Position numbers and translations under genes: made by a program. A stretch of 64,000 nucleotides of DNA from Candidatus Moraniibacteriota bacterium (GTDB lineage: Bacteria > Patescibacteriota > Minisyncoccia > Moranbacterales > DUUL01), in assembly GCA_012841575.1 (NCBI GenBank), contig DUUL01000039.1, positions 38,954-102,953 of the forward strand, in the 5' to 3' direction. Position 1 is the stretch's first letter, and each line of letters opens with the position of its first letter. Of the stretch, positions 46,038 through 56,112 are shown in pieces. Under the pieces are notes generated by a model. That model searched no databases. It saw only the letters and a list, made by a program, of their open reading frames with translations, and was not told where the DNA came from.

Positions 46038-46745
46038 ATGAAACAAGAAAAACCAATTATTATTTCACTGGGAGGATCTTTAATTGTGCCAGACAAGATT
46101 GACTGGAGATTTTTAAAAAAATTCAGAAAAGTGATTGTTTCTCAGATAAATAAGGGAAAGAAGTTTGTTATTATTGCTGGTGGTGGGAAAACTTGCCGAA
46201 ACTATCAAGCAGCGGCTGATAAAGTGGTTAAGCTCACAAATGATGATATGGATTGGTTGGGAATTCACGCTACTCGACTTAATGCCCACTTAATCAAAAC
46301 TATCTTTCGTCGTTATGCCCATCCTCGTATCAACAAAAACCCTCGCACTAAAGAAGATCTAAGGAAACATTTTTCTAAACAAGAAAAAATTATGGTCGCT
46401 GCTGGTTGGAGACCAGGCTGGTCTACAGACTTCGTAGCCACCATTTTAGCTGAACGCTTGGGAGCAAAAACAGTGATTAACCTTTCTAATATAAAATATG
46501 CTTATGATAAAGATCCAAATAAATTCAAAGATGCTAAGAAAATTGAGAAAATAAATTGGACTGACTTTCGTAAAATTGTCGGCAATAAGTGGAATCCTGG
46601 CGCTAATTTACCGTTTGATCCAATTGCCTCAAAAGAAGCAGAAAAACAAGGGCTGAAAGTGATAATTGCAGATGGCAAAAACATTGAAAATCTAAAAGAC
46701 ATCTTTAATAATAAAGCTTTCAAAGGAACAACTATTGAAAATTAA
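46038..46745 (+). CDS. pyrH: Amino-acid-kinase-family protein, probable archaeal-type UMP kinase
   Basis: IISLGGSLIV N-terminus typical of the Asp/Glu/uridylate kinase fold. Length 235 aa fits the archaeal-type UMPK. No eubacterial pyrH is seen elsewhere in the window. Confidence 0.55.
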   Translation: MKQEKPIIISLGGSLIVPDKIDWRFLKKFRKVIVSQINKGKKFVIIAGGGKTCRNYQAAADKVVKLTNDDMDWLGIHATRLNAHLIKTIFRRYAHPRINKNPRTKEDLRKHFSKQEKIMVAAGWRPGWSTDFVATILAERLGAKTVINLSNIKYAYDKDPNKFKDAKKIEKINWTDFRKIVGNKWNPGANLPFDPIASKEAEKQGLKVIIADGKNIENLKDIFNNKAFKGTTIEN

Positions 46746-46756
46746 GTCTGATAAAA

Positions 46757-47878
46757 CTACTTAGACTTGACGCCTAAAGTAAAGGTTTCTTTCTTCAACT
46801 TTTTTGCTTTTTCAATTTCTTTTTTTTGAGAAGAGGGAAGTGTCTCTGCGACCTTTTTTAATTTACTCTCATTTAGCTTAAGCACACTTAACCATCGCTT
46901 TTCACCCAAAATTCTCCTTAAAGAAGCCTCATCATACTCAAAAGTCTTTCTATATCTTTTGGTGATAGAGCCTTGTGAGCTGAATAATTGTTCAACTTCT
47001 TCATTTTCCATTATTTCATCAATCTTAGATTTGACTTCGGCAAAGCGTTTTTTGTTTGACTTGATTTTATAATATAACTCGATGTATTCATTAATAACCT
47101 CTTCCTGTTTTACAGAATCAACATCCTCTTTCTTAAACTTGTGCTTCCACATTGGACAAGTTTTTTGATAGCCACACCAGTCACACAATGGATTTATTAC
47201 AGCAGGGAAGTCTGATTTTTCAATCTCCCCAATCAAATCAAGAATCAATGTCTTCCCTTCTTTAATTCTTTTTTCGTCTAAAACAGCGGTTAGCTTGGCT
47301 TGATGGTGCAGAAAAAATAAAGACAGCTTAATGTTCTTAAGATTTTTTTGCTCTTCTGGGTAGCGTTTTAAAAGAGCAAGTAGATAAATAAATAGTTGCA
47401 AATCATTTTCAACCAATTCTTGTGAGGGCATTTTTTTGGCTGTTTTATAGTCAATAATTTCAAAGCCATCTTCTGTTTTGTCAATTCGATCAATTGAACC
47501 AGAGATTATATGTTCTACTCCTTTTTCATCTTTAATTTCAACTGAAAAGTATGACTCAAGGGCCACAATTTTGGCTTCATCTGGTCTAAATTTTCTATAA
47601 TACCCCTGTATAATTTTAACACCCTGAGCAAAAGCAGCGCGCTCCTGCATAGGATCATCAAAGACATCAGAGTTCCATTTTGATGAAAAATGATTAAGAG
47701 CATCTTTTTCTGATGGAGGAAGAAACCCACCTTGATGGATAAACTTCATAGTACCATGAATCAGAGTCCCAAAAAAAGCCTCAGGACCCTTAGGTGTTTT
47801 TATTCTATCAATCTCTTGAAATTTATACTTCAGTGGGCAAGATCGAAAGGTGTTTAATGAAGAGTAGGAGGTATTCAT
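46757..47878 (-). CDS. PD-(D/E)XK nuclease superfamily protein with Cas4/AddB-like 4-Cys cluster
   Basis: Nuclease motifs IDRIDKTEDGFEIIDYKT (D...ExK/DYK). N-terminal Cys (FRSCPLKY) plus C-terminal CDWCGYQKTC. Confidence 0.6.
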   Translation of the reverse strand: MNTSYSSLNTFRSCPLKYKFQEIDRIKTPKGPEAFFGTLIHGTMKFIHQGGFLPPSEKDALNHFSSKWNSDVFDDPMQERAAFAQGVKIIQGYYRKFRPDEAKIVALESYFSVEIKDEKGVEHIISGSIDRIDKTEDGFEIIDYKTAKKMPSQELVENDLQLFIYLLALLKRYPEEQKNLKNIKLSLFFLHHQAKLTAVLDEKRIKEGKTLILDLIGEIEKSDFPAVINPLCDWCGYQKTCPMWKHKFKKEDVDSVKQEEVINEYIELYYKIKSNKKRFAEVKSKIDEIMENEEVEQLFSSQGSITKRYRKTFEYDEASLRRILGEKRWLSVLKLNESKLKKVAETLPSSQKKEIEKAKKLKKETFTLGVKSK

Positions 47879-48116
47879 ATTTTATATTTGTTAAATTAAT
47901 GCTTACAACTAATTAGACTTGTCTTATTTGATCATCTAATTGTTTAACTATAGCTTATTAGAGTTTAACTCATAACTCTCTAAATAGCTATTCGGCGATT
48001 GCTTTTTTAAGACAACGTCGTAAAAGATACATTGTGCGACGTTCTACATATTTTTATAAAGAGGTGCTACCTCTTGTAATTATGCCTTATTTTTTTATTT
48101 AAACTATCACTATCTT

Positions 48117-48308
48117 TTATTCCTCTTCCGGTCTGGGAATTTGTCCCGAGTCGAAAAACCACTGGGCGCTTTCCAGTTTCTCTGCCTCTGTTCTGTTCGC
48201 TAATTGCTGATTGAGTTCTTTCACTTTCTTGTTGTATTCCTCTTCACTTAGAATCCAATCTTTTGGTGGCTTCCAGACTTGCGATGATTTTTCTTCTGGT
48301 CTTTTCAT
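48117..48308 (-). CDS. Small hypothetical protein (63 aa)
   Basis: ORF only. Charged, no TM. Coding status uncertain. Confidence 0.25.
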   Translation of the reverse strand: MKRPEEKSSQVWKPPKDWILSEEEYNKKVKELNQQLANRTEAEKLESAQWFFDSGQIPRPEEE

Positions 48309-48441
48309 TGATTTTTAAATACTTAAGTTCATTAAGAAACTCTTTTAATTATAACTTATTTTACTGAAATTGTCAATAGTTTCACTTTTTAAAACTGCAC
48401 ATAATTTCATCAAACATAGATAGCCAACAGGCTAAAGCACT

Positions 48442-49803
48442 CTATTTCTTTTTGTAAATGATCATTTGATCTATCTCTGAAGAAGTATTATAGACAGCAC
48501 TAACTAATTTTTTAGATGTTTCAAGGAATATATTTGCCCCAAATAAAGGATCGTGCACAACATATTTACCACGATCATCCTTAGAATGAATTACTACATA
48601 GTGTCCAGCTCCAGTGGAAGAACGAATGAATACAATAACTGGATTTTTTTGCGCCAATTCCCTATCAACCTGGCTCCAATTAATATTGCCATGCGCTTGA
48701 TCAGAAATAAGTGTCAATTTCTTCTTCCGCTCCTTTGGCCACTCCTTTGGCCATACAATTAAATCTCGATCATAAATTGATTCAGACGAAAGTTCACCTG
48801 GAGTAATTTTTTCCTTGTGGTAAGTGAAAACCATTGAAACCGCTGAAATTGCACAGCCATAATCTTTTAATAAAGAAGATGAAAGTCCAATTCTCTTATA
48901 ACCCCAACGATCATCATCTTGAGCATAGTACCAACTATTAGATGCCAAGCCACTCTTCGGCTTGGGGGAGTTTTTAATAATTGCTAAGCTTTCACCAGAA
49001 AAAGACTCTCTTCCTCCAATCAGTTCCTTTTTTTGAGCCTCAACACGACTAAGTAAGTCTTGATATTTAGCCTCCTCTCCTTGCGTTTTATCCAATAAAA
49101 CTTCCTTGCTTAACTTTTCATTGTTTAAATAAAAAACCTTTTCGTTTAAATCCTGTTTCTTCCCCTCCAATTCATCCTTCTTTTTTTTATGTGTGCCTCT
49201 TTCTTCCTCGAGCGCTTTTTTCTGTAAGGCAATCTCAGTCAACTGCTTATTGATTTTGCTAGAAGTTTGATTAAGATATTCTGCTTGATTAAGACTTTCG
49301 GTTAGGCCGTCTTCTTTGGGGGAAAGTAGGTGAAATAATGACTCCTTGTCTAATTGGTAATAGATTTTTAAGGCTTCCTTTAGGTTTTTTTTGGTTTGTT
49401 CTAATACTTTTTCTCTTTGGCTTATTTCTCTTTCCACCAAATTGACATCTTCTGTCTTCTGTTGAATATTTTTCTCTGTCAGTCTAATGTCATTTGAGAA
49501 ATTATCTGTTTGAATTTCAATTAGCTCTAATTGATTACTCAATGTTTTTTGCTGTTGTTGTTTTAAATCAATTAAGTCACGATATTTTTTTGCCTTTTCT
49601 TCTAACTCATCAATCGCCTCTTCATTATCAGCATTATCACTGTTTGTCGCAGAGTTATTTTGTTGTCCTCGTGCACTTTCTGGGATAGCCAAAACATTTC
49701 TAGAAGAATTCCCTCCAGGAGAAATTAAAAAAACCGACAGAGCAAATATAAAAATTGTCTGAGTTACCCCTTTTTTTATTTTTTTATTTAATAGCCCACT
49801 CAT
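48442..49803 (-). CDS. Secreted coiled-coil protein with C-terminal C39-like (papain-fold) peptidase domain
   Basis: Signal/TM anchor. ~250 aa heptad coiled coil. The C-terminal domain has Cys in DYGCAISAVSM and His in GAGHYVVIHS, the Peptidase_C39_2-like arrangement. Confidence 0.5.
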   Translation of the reverse strand: MSGLLNKKIKKGVTQTIFIFALSVFLISPGGNSSRNVLAIPESARGQQNNSATNSDNADNEEAIDELEEKAKKYRDLIDLKQQQQKTLSNQLELIEIQTDNFSNDIRLTEKNIQQKTEDVNLVEREISQREKVLEQTKKNLKEALKIYYQLDKESLFHLLSPKEDGLTESLNQAEYLNQTSSKINKQLTEIALQKKALEEERGTHKKKKDELEGKKQDLNEKVFYLNNEKLSKEVLLDKTQGEEAKYQDLLSRVEAQKKELIGGRESFSGESLAIIKNSPKPKSGLASNSWYYAQDDDRWGYKRIGLSSSLLKDYGCAISAVSMVFTYHKEKITPGELSSESIYDRDLIVWPKEWPKERKKKLTLISDQAHGNINWSQVDRELAQKNPVIVFIRSSTGAGHYVVIHSKDDRGKYVVHDPLFGANIFLETSKKLVSAVYNTSSEIDQMIIYKKK

Positions 49804-49860
49804 TTATTTTTAAGTTTACTTTTGTTTAATTTCATCTTTATTTTAACACTTTAAAATAAT

Positions 49861-51357
49861 TTAGCCATTCAACTCAATCGATTTTATTGCTTTTTCTAAT
49901 CTACTGATAGTCTCATCCTTTCCTAGAACCCAAGCAATTTCAAAGGGACTTGGGCTTTTTTTTGCTCCAGAAACTGCTACTCGAAGTGGCCACAATAAAG
50001 CACCTCTGTCACTACTATCTGCAATTTTTAGTAACTCTGCTTGCAATTTAGCCACATTAAAATCTTCTTCAGCTAAATCGCTTAGGAGATCTAACGATTT
50101 TTTTAAAGACTCTATTAACTCAACTTCAGTCATTTTCTTCCATAATAACATCTTAACATCTGGTTGAGGTGCTTTGAAATAAAAATCAATATTTTCAACA
50201 ATATCAGAAAGCTTTTTTACTCTCCCCTTCTCTACCTCAACAATTTTAACTAATTTATCATCATTTGTTTTAATATTATTTTTGGCTAGATATTCTTCTA
50301 GATATGGTCGACATAAAGCCAAAAATTCCTCATTAGTTTTTTGTTTAATGTAATGAGCATTCATCCAATCCAACTTTTTATAATCGAAAACTGCTCCAGC
50401 TTTATGCAAGCCTTCTGGATTAAAAGCTTTTTCTAGTTCTGCTAATGAGAAGTATTCCTGCTCTGTTTTTGGATTCCAACCTAAAAGTGCAATGAAATTA
50501 ACTAACGCTTCTGGAAGATAGCCTTTTTTCATAAATTCATCAACACTCACATCGCCACTTCGCTTGGATAATTTTTTGCGGTTTCCTCCTAAAATATTTG
50601 GCACATGAACAAATTTGGGCAACTCCCAGTTAAAAAATTTGTAAAGCAAAATATGTTTGGGTGTACTTGGTAGCCAATCCTCTCCTCGAACTACGTGAGA
50701 AATTTTCATTAAATAATCATCCACCACCACTGCTAAATGATAAGTCGGAAAGCCATCTGCTTTAATTAAAACCTGATCATCTACTGTTTCCGATTTAATC
50801 GAAATTTTACCATAAACCTCATCTTTAAATTCGATTAGCTCACCTCTTGGCACATTTAAACGGACAACGTGCTTCTCTCCTGCTGTTAATCTTTTCTCAA
50901 CTTCTTCTGAAGATAGGCTTAGACAATGCTTGTCATACATCGGCGCTTCCCTTCTTGCCTGCTGTTCCTCTCTTAACTCTGCCAACCTTTCTCTGCTACA
51001 AAAACAATGATAAGCATGGCCTTTATTTATTAATTCTTGAGTGTGTTTTTGGTAAAGCTCCAAGCGCTTTGATTGCACATAAGGCCCAAAGTCTCCCTTT
51101 TCAACAAAACCCTCCCCTTCTGCTGCAACAACACCCTCATCTACTTTAATTTTAACCCAATTTAAAGTCTCAAGAATCTTTTCGATAGAACCGGGTACTA
51201 ACCGAGCCTGGTCAGTGTCCTCAATTCTTAGCAAAAAGTCACCTTGTTCTTTTTTAGCTAAAAGATAGGCATAAAGAGCGGTGCGCAAATTACCAATGTG
51301 AATGTACCCTGTTGGTGAAGGTGCAAAACGAATTCTAGTTTTTTTAAAATTATTCAT
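49861..51357 (-). CDS. gltX: Glutamyl-tRNA synthetase
   Basis: Class I HIGH region RFAPSPTGYIHIGNLRTAL. KMSKS variant KLSKR. Confidence 0.93.
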   Translation of the reverse strand: MNNFKKTRIRFAPSPTGYIHIGNLRTALYAYLLAKKEQGDFLLRIEDTDQARLVPGSIEKILETLNWVKIKVDEGVVAAEGEGFVEKGDFGPYVQSKRLELYQKHTQELINKGHAYHCFCSRERLAELREEQQARREAPMYDKHCLSLSSEEVEKRLTAGEKHVVRLNVPRGELIEFKDEVYGKISIKSETVDDQVLIKADGFPTYHLAVVVDDYLMKISHVVRGEDWLPSTPKHILLYKFFNWELPKFVHVPNILGGNRKKLSKRSGDVSVDEFMKKGYLPEALVNFIALLGWNPKTEQEYFSLAELEKAFNPEGLHKAGAVFDYKKLDWMNAHYIKQKTNEEFLALCRPYLEEYLAKNNIKTNDDKLVKIVEVEKGRVKKLSDIVENIDFYFKAPQPDVKMLLWKKMTEVELIESLKKSLDLLSDLAEEDFNVAKLQAELLKIADSSDRGALLWPLRVAVSGAKKSPSPFEIAWVLGKDETISRLEKAIKSIELNG

Positions 51358-51374
51358 TAAAATAAATTATTTTA

Positions 51375-51956
51375 TTACCAAATATCAACCCCCATCTTTT
51401 TTAAATGTAAATATAGCTTCGTTAAAGGAAAGCCAATGATTGAATAGAAATCACCTTTAATTTCCTTCATGAGAACTGCACCTTTATTCATAAGCCCATA
51501 TGCTCCTGCCATTTCCAACGGTTCTTTGGTGGCAATATAGCTGTCAACTTCCTCATCTGTGAATTTTCTAAAAACAACCTTAGCCCAACCAAAATCAGTT
51601 ATTTCTTTGCCGCTTTTTGTGTCAATAATTGCTAAGCCAGAATAAGCTTTATTGGTATTTCCAGACAATTGTTTTAAAAGTTCCCTTGCCTCATTTTCAT
51701 CTTTTGGTTTTCCAATAATTCTCCCCTGAAAGCTAATCACTGAATCAGCCGCGATCACAATGGTATTTTTGTAGTGTCTAGCCACATCTCGTGCTTTCTC
51801 TAAGGCCAAAATTTGTACTAAATCTCCAGGCTCCTTGTGAGCTAACATATCCTCTTTATAATCACTTTCTCTAATTTCAAATTCACTGATTCCAATTTGC
51901 TTTAACAATCTTTTCCTACGACTAGACTGAGAGGCCAAAACTATCTTTCTTTTCAT
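51375..51956 (-). CDS. maf: Maf-like nucleoside triphosphate pyrophosphatase
   Basis: IVLASQSSRRKRLLKQIGI..FEI..SDY.E N-terminal Maf signature. 193 aa. Confidence 0.85.
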   Translation of the reverse strand: MKRKIVLASQSSRRKRLLKQIGISEFEIRESDYKEDMLAHKEPGDLVQILALEKARDVARHYKNTIVIAADSVISFQGRIIGKPKDENEARELLKQLSGNTNKAYSGLAIIDTKSGKEITDFGWAKVVFRKFTDEEVDSYIATKEPLEMAGAYGLMNKGAVLMKEIKGDFYSIIGFPLTKLYLHLKKMGVDIW

Positions 51957-51963
51957 AAAATAG

Positions 51964-52707
51964 CTAATTAAATAAAACCTTGAACAAAAAAACTCCTGTT
52001 GAGCGCCAAATTTTTCTGACTCTTTGCCACCTAAAACTACGCTCTCCTTTTGGCAATAAAAATAATCTCCCCAACCACTCCAGTCCTAGCTTTTGCATCC
52101 ACCTTGGCGCCCGTTTTTTACGCCCCGTCCAAAAATCAAAGGTTCCTCCCACTCCTATTGCTAGTTTTAAATTAGGCAGCTGTTGTTTAATTTCAAAAAT
52201 AAACTCTTCTTGCTCTGGAGCACCTAAACCTACCAGTAAAATCTCCTTTTCTTGTAAATTTTTACTCATTATTTCGCTCTTTGCACCACTCCAGGCAAAT
52301 AGCTCTACTTTCTTATTTTTAAAAAACCTCTCCAAATCACTCCGACTACTTAATCCTTCTTCTCGGTAAATAATCCCGATTTTTAAATTATTTTCCAGTC
52401 CTTTCTTTAAAATATACTCCGCTAAATCAACTCCTGTAAGCCTGCACCCCGTCTTAAGCCTTTTAATGATCCCAGCTAATTTCAGTCCAAAACCATCAGT
52501 AACCCGTAAAGAAAAGTTGTTCAGTATTTCAGCATATCTTGAATTATCTTTAGCTAACAATAAAATTTCTGGATTAAGAGTTGCAATAGTTAGCACACTC
52601 GACGCTTGCAAATTTAATGCCTCATCAATTAGAAGATAAGTCTCTTCTTTCGAATAATTTCCCAATTTAACTCCCCATAGCTGATTTCCTGACATTCTTT
52701 TTATCAC
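51964..52707 (-). CDS. WecB/TagA/CpsF family glycosyltransferase (GT26)
   Basis: Family-typical C-terminal FDFWTGRKKRAPRWMQKLGLEWLGRL. Confidence 0.85.
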   Translation of the reverse strand: MIKRMSGNQLWGVKLGNYSKEETYLLIDEALNLQASSVLTIATLNPEILLLAKDNSRYAEILNNFSLRVTDGFGLKLAGIIKRLKTGCRLTGVDLAEYILKKGLENNLKIGIIYREEGLSSRSDLERFFKNKKVELFAWSGAKSEIMSKNLQEKEILLVGLGAPEQEEFIFEIKQQLPNLKLAIGVGGTFDFWTGRKKRAPRWMQKLGLEWLGRLFLLPKGERSFRWQRVRKIWRSTGVFLFKVLFN

Positions 52708-53743
52708 GAATTATTTTTGAATTCAAAACATCATTGATAAGAACGCCCATTATTGTTGCCACCGGAACTGCCAGAAAAAGCCCGAGAAACCCACCAATCT
52801 TAGAGCCAATAAATAGCGCAATAATTATCACTACTGGACTTAATCCAACAGCTTTACTCATCACCAAGGGCGTAAGAAAATTTCCTTGTATTTGTTGAGC
52901 AATAAGATAGGAAACTCCAACAAAAACCGCAACCCACGGAGAAACAGTCAAGGCTGCAATGACAGCCAGGAAAGTTGAAACAATTGGTCCCAAAAATGGA
53001 ATAATCTCCATTAGTCCGCCAATTAAAGCAATTGTTGTAGCATAAGGGACATCAAAAATGTTCAAGATAATTAAGTTTAAAGCAAAAACTGAAAGCATCA
53101 AGGCTAGCTGTCCCAAAAGCCAACGTCCTATTTTTTGCTCAATGCGCTCTATTAAGTTAAATACGTATTTACGATATTGATTTGGTACAGTTGAGTTAAC
53201 TAAATGACTCATCCCATCTTTATAAGTAACCATATAAAAAACCAAAGCAAAAACCATAATGACTTGGAAAATTAGCCCCAAGGAAGAAATTGTGCCAGAA
53301 AAAATATTAGATATAATGTTGCCTGTTTGCTCTGGAAGTTGGCTAATTACTTTTTCTGCCCCCGATAGCTGACTGGAATTTATAGCCGCTGGATCAAAAA
53401 CCTTATTGATAAATTGCTCCATTGAATCAAAGGCCTGTGGCAGTGTTTCCACTATCTGCCTCGACTCTCTGGCTAACTGAGGAATAATAGAATAGACAAC
53501 CAAGCTTAGTATGCCAAAAAATAAGAGGAAAATTAAGGTGGTTGTTAATATTCTAGGAATTTTTTTTGCCTCCATTTTGTTAACAATCGGCAAAATGGCG
53601 CTAGAAATTATAATAGCCAACAATAAAAGCAATAAAACATCCCTAATAAAATAAAGGAAAAAAATTAAAACAATAATCCCAATAATTTTCCAAACTGAAG
53701 CAGCGGATATGTTAATTGATATTTCTTGCTTGCTCTTTTTCAT
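52667..53743 (-). CDS. AI-2E family transporter (PerM/UPF0118)
   Basis: 358 aa with 8 TM segments. Topology and conserved C-terminal GLFLAVP region fit AI-2E. Confidence 0.75.
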   Translation of the reverse strand: MKKSKQEISINISAASVWKIIGIIVLIFFLYFIRDVLLLLLLAIIISSAILPIVNKMEAKKIPRILTTTLIFLLFFGILSLVVYSIIPQLARESRQIVETLPQAFDSMEQFINKVFDPAAINSSQLSGAEKVISQLPEQTGNIISNIFSGTISSLGLIFQVIMVFALVFYMVTYKDGMSHLVNSTVPNQYRKYVFNLIERIEQKIGRWLLGQLALMLSVFALNLIILNIFDVPYATTIALIGGLMEIIPFLGPIVSTFLAVIAALTVSPWVAVFVGVSYLIAQQIQGNFLTPLVMSKAVGLSPVVIIIALFIGSKIGGFLGLFLAVPVATIMGVLINDVLNSKIIRDKKNVRKSAMGS

Positions 53744-53758
53744 TTTATTAAATTTTAC

Positions 53759-55033
53759 TTAAAATTTTTCAAGCAAACCCTTCAATTTGTTGCTTTGTTT
53801 TGAAACCGGACCAATAGCCGCCAAATTCAAAGTTTGACTTTTTATAATTTTCTGAGCAAGATTCATTATCTCCTCCTGAGAAACTGCATCTATTTGCTCA
53901 ACAATGTCTTGGGGTTTTCTTATCTTCTTCTCATAAAGCTCTTGCTCGCCCAAAAAAGAGGCGACTGAGTTAGATGACTCTAGGCCCATCAGTAAAGCTC
54001 CTTTGATCTGCTCTTTTGCTTTCCTTAACTCTTTTTGAGAAACTTTCTTTTCTGCTATCTTCCTAAACTCTTCTAAAATAAGCTTGATTGTTTTGTTTAT
54101 GTTTTCATGTTTTACTCCCGCAAAAGCTGCCAAGTAACCACAGTCTGTGTAACGCTCAGCAGTAGTTGACACATAATAAGCTAGACCGTGTTTCTCTCTA
54201 ATCCGCTCAAACATTCGACTACTCATTCCCCCACCCAGTATTGTAGACAAAACTGATTGAGTGTAGCGATCTTGGCTGTATAAATTTGGTCCATGAAAGC
54301 CAATGACTAAATGAGTCTGATCAGTTTCCTTCTCAAAAACTTCAAGCCTTGGTTTTCTTTGCGACAACTTAATTTTTTTAAGCTGCACTGGAACTCGTCT
54401 CTTTTTTTGAGAGAAAAGTTTTTCCACTAACTTCAGTGTTTTCTCTTCATCAAACTTTCCAGCAACAACTACTACAGTTGAAGTTGTACGGTAATTTTGT
54501 GACAAATAATCAACAAAATTCTTTCGTCTAATTGACTGAATGACGTTCTCTAATCCAATAATCTGAAAACCCATTGCCTCGTTTGGAAACAACATTCCTT
54601 CAAAAATATCCCAAACATAACGTTGAGGCAAATCAAGATACATTGATTTTTCTTGCAAAATAACTCCGCGCTCCACATCAATATCACTTTGTCGCAATAG
54701 AGAATTGTGAAAAGCATCACTCATTATATCCAGAGCTAATTCAATTTTTTTTGCAGGCGTTTTAATATAATAGCCCGTTTCTTCTTTAGATGTATAAGCA
54801 TTGCTAATGCCACCAGTTCCGTCTAAAAGTTCGTTAATTATTTTATAACTAGGTCGACGTTTAGTTCCCTTAAAAAAAAGGTGTTCTAGAAAATGAGAGA
54901 CTCCATTATTTTCAATTGTCTCATTGCGTGAACCAGCTTGCACTAAAATCTGAACAGTAACAGTTTCTGTTTCTTGCATTGGAGCCATAATTACCCGAGT
55001 ACCATTTTTAAGAATGTGCTTTGAGTATTTCAT
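53759..55033 (-). CDS. M16 family zinc peptidase (insulinase-like)
   Basis: Inverted zinc motif HFLEHLFFKG (HxxEH) near the N-terminus. 424 aa. Confidence 0.85.
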   Translation of the reverse strand: MKYSKHILKNGTRVIMAPMQETETVTVQILVQAGSRNETIENNGVSHFLEHLFFKGTKRRPSYKIINELLDGTGGISNAYTSKEETGYYIKTPAKKIELALDIMSDAFHNSLLRQSDIDVERGVILQEKSMYLDLPQRYVWDIFEGMLFPNEAMGFQIIGLENVIQSIRRKNFVDYLSQNYRTTSTVVVVAGKFDEEKTLKLVEKLFSQKKRRVPVQLKKIKLSQRKPRLEVFEKETDQTHLVIGFHGPNLYSQDRYTQSVLSTILGGGMSSRMFERIREKHGLAYYVSTTAERYTDCGYLAAFAGVKHENINKTIKLILEEFRKIAEKKVSQKELRKAKEQIKGALLMGLESSNSVASFLGEQELYEKKIRKPQDIVEQIDAVSQEEIMNLAQKIIKSQTLNLAAIGPVSKQSNKLKGLLEKF

Positions 55034-55041
55034 GATTTTGC

Positions 55042-55983
55042 CTATTTTTTTCTTTTAACTCTAATTAAACCCCCAAACGGAACCACTTCTACACCCTTCT
55101 TTTCAATTTCATCCAAAATCAAATTCATTCCAATTGAATCAGAGGAGATATGACCAGCAATAACAACATTAATATTTGCTTTTTCTGCAGCTTTTCGATG
55201 TCTCTCGCTTTGGTGCATGCCAATTATAGTTCCGACTCCTGCATTCGCCATAGCGTCGTAGATCTCATTAGAACCTTCAGTGCCTCCTGTCATTTCAGAA
55301 ACAGCCACCTGACCACAACGATTATTTTCATTGCCAGAAAAAATCATTGGTCCACCTCCTTGCCTCTTGGCAATCTGATATTCTTCAATTTCCATCAATG
55401 AATTAATAATATCCGAAACATACCGCGGCTTAGCTTTGGCTATTTTCTTGGTTACAAATTGAAAAACGCTATTGTCTGCTGGGGTATGCACATTAATCAA
55501 GCTAACTCCAGCCAAGCGTGCTGCATCGACAACTGCATAGTGATTGCTCGGATTAATCCCTCGTGCCACTTCAGAAATTCTCTTATGAATCATCTTTTCT
55601 GCAATATTTACTGGAATACCTAACTGCTCCATTAAATCAACTTGCAAGCTCATAACATCATCTAACCCTGCTAAAGCCAAACCAACTGGATGATGGTTGA
55701 AAATTAAGTCCGCTCCTAGCTCTCGAGCTAATAAAATTGAACCAGGCGTCACGTCAATCGAAGCAAAAATTTTCTTTACTTTCTTTCCACTGTCAAAATG
55801 AATCCTACTATCACTAAAAGGATTTGTAATTTGCTCACGATCAAAATAAGTTTTTTCCTCTTTGGATAATTTTGAATAATTTTCTTTCTTACGCTCTAAG
55901 TAAGCGTCTACCTCTTTCTTACTTCGAATATCGTTTTTGATACCGATTTTAATTGAAAGATCATAAATTTCTTTAACCTTCAT
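55042..55983 (-). CDS. NIF3 (YqfO/YbgI) family dinuclear-metal-centre protein
   Basis: IFASIDVTPGSILLARELGADLIFNHHPV motif region typical of NIF3. Confidence 0.6.
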   Translation of the reverse strand: MKVKEIYDLSIKIGIKNDIRSKKEVDAYLERKKENYSKLSKEEKTYFDREQITNPFSDSRIHFDSGKKVKKIFASIDVTPGSILLARELGADLIFNHHPVGLALAGLDDVMSLQVDLMEQLGIPVNIAEKMIHKRISEVARGINPSNHYAVVDAARLAGVSLINVHTPADNSVFQFVTKKIAKAKPRYVSDIINSLMEIEEYQIAKRQGGGPMIFSGNENNRCGQVAVSEMTGGTEGSNEIYDAMANAGVGTIIGMHQSERHRKAAEKANINVVIAGHISSDSIGMNLILDEIEKKGVEVVPFGGLIRVKRKK

Positions 55984-56112
55984 TTTTTATAAAATTTTTA
56001 TCATTAAAACTAAGAGTCTAAAAACTCTGCTAAATGTCACTTTAGCATTTTTGAAAGCATTTTACAAGCTCAAAGAGGGCTTGGCTTTAAAAAAATAAAA
56101 CTGACTCAAGAA

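Noticed and set aside
46757-47878. Cas4 as evidence of a CRISPR-Cas locus
   Set aside because: No repeat-spacer array and no cas1/cas2 or effector genes are nearby. The Fe-S PD-(D/E)XK fold is shared with non-CRISPR nucleases.
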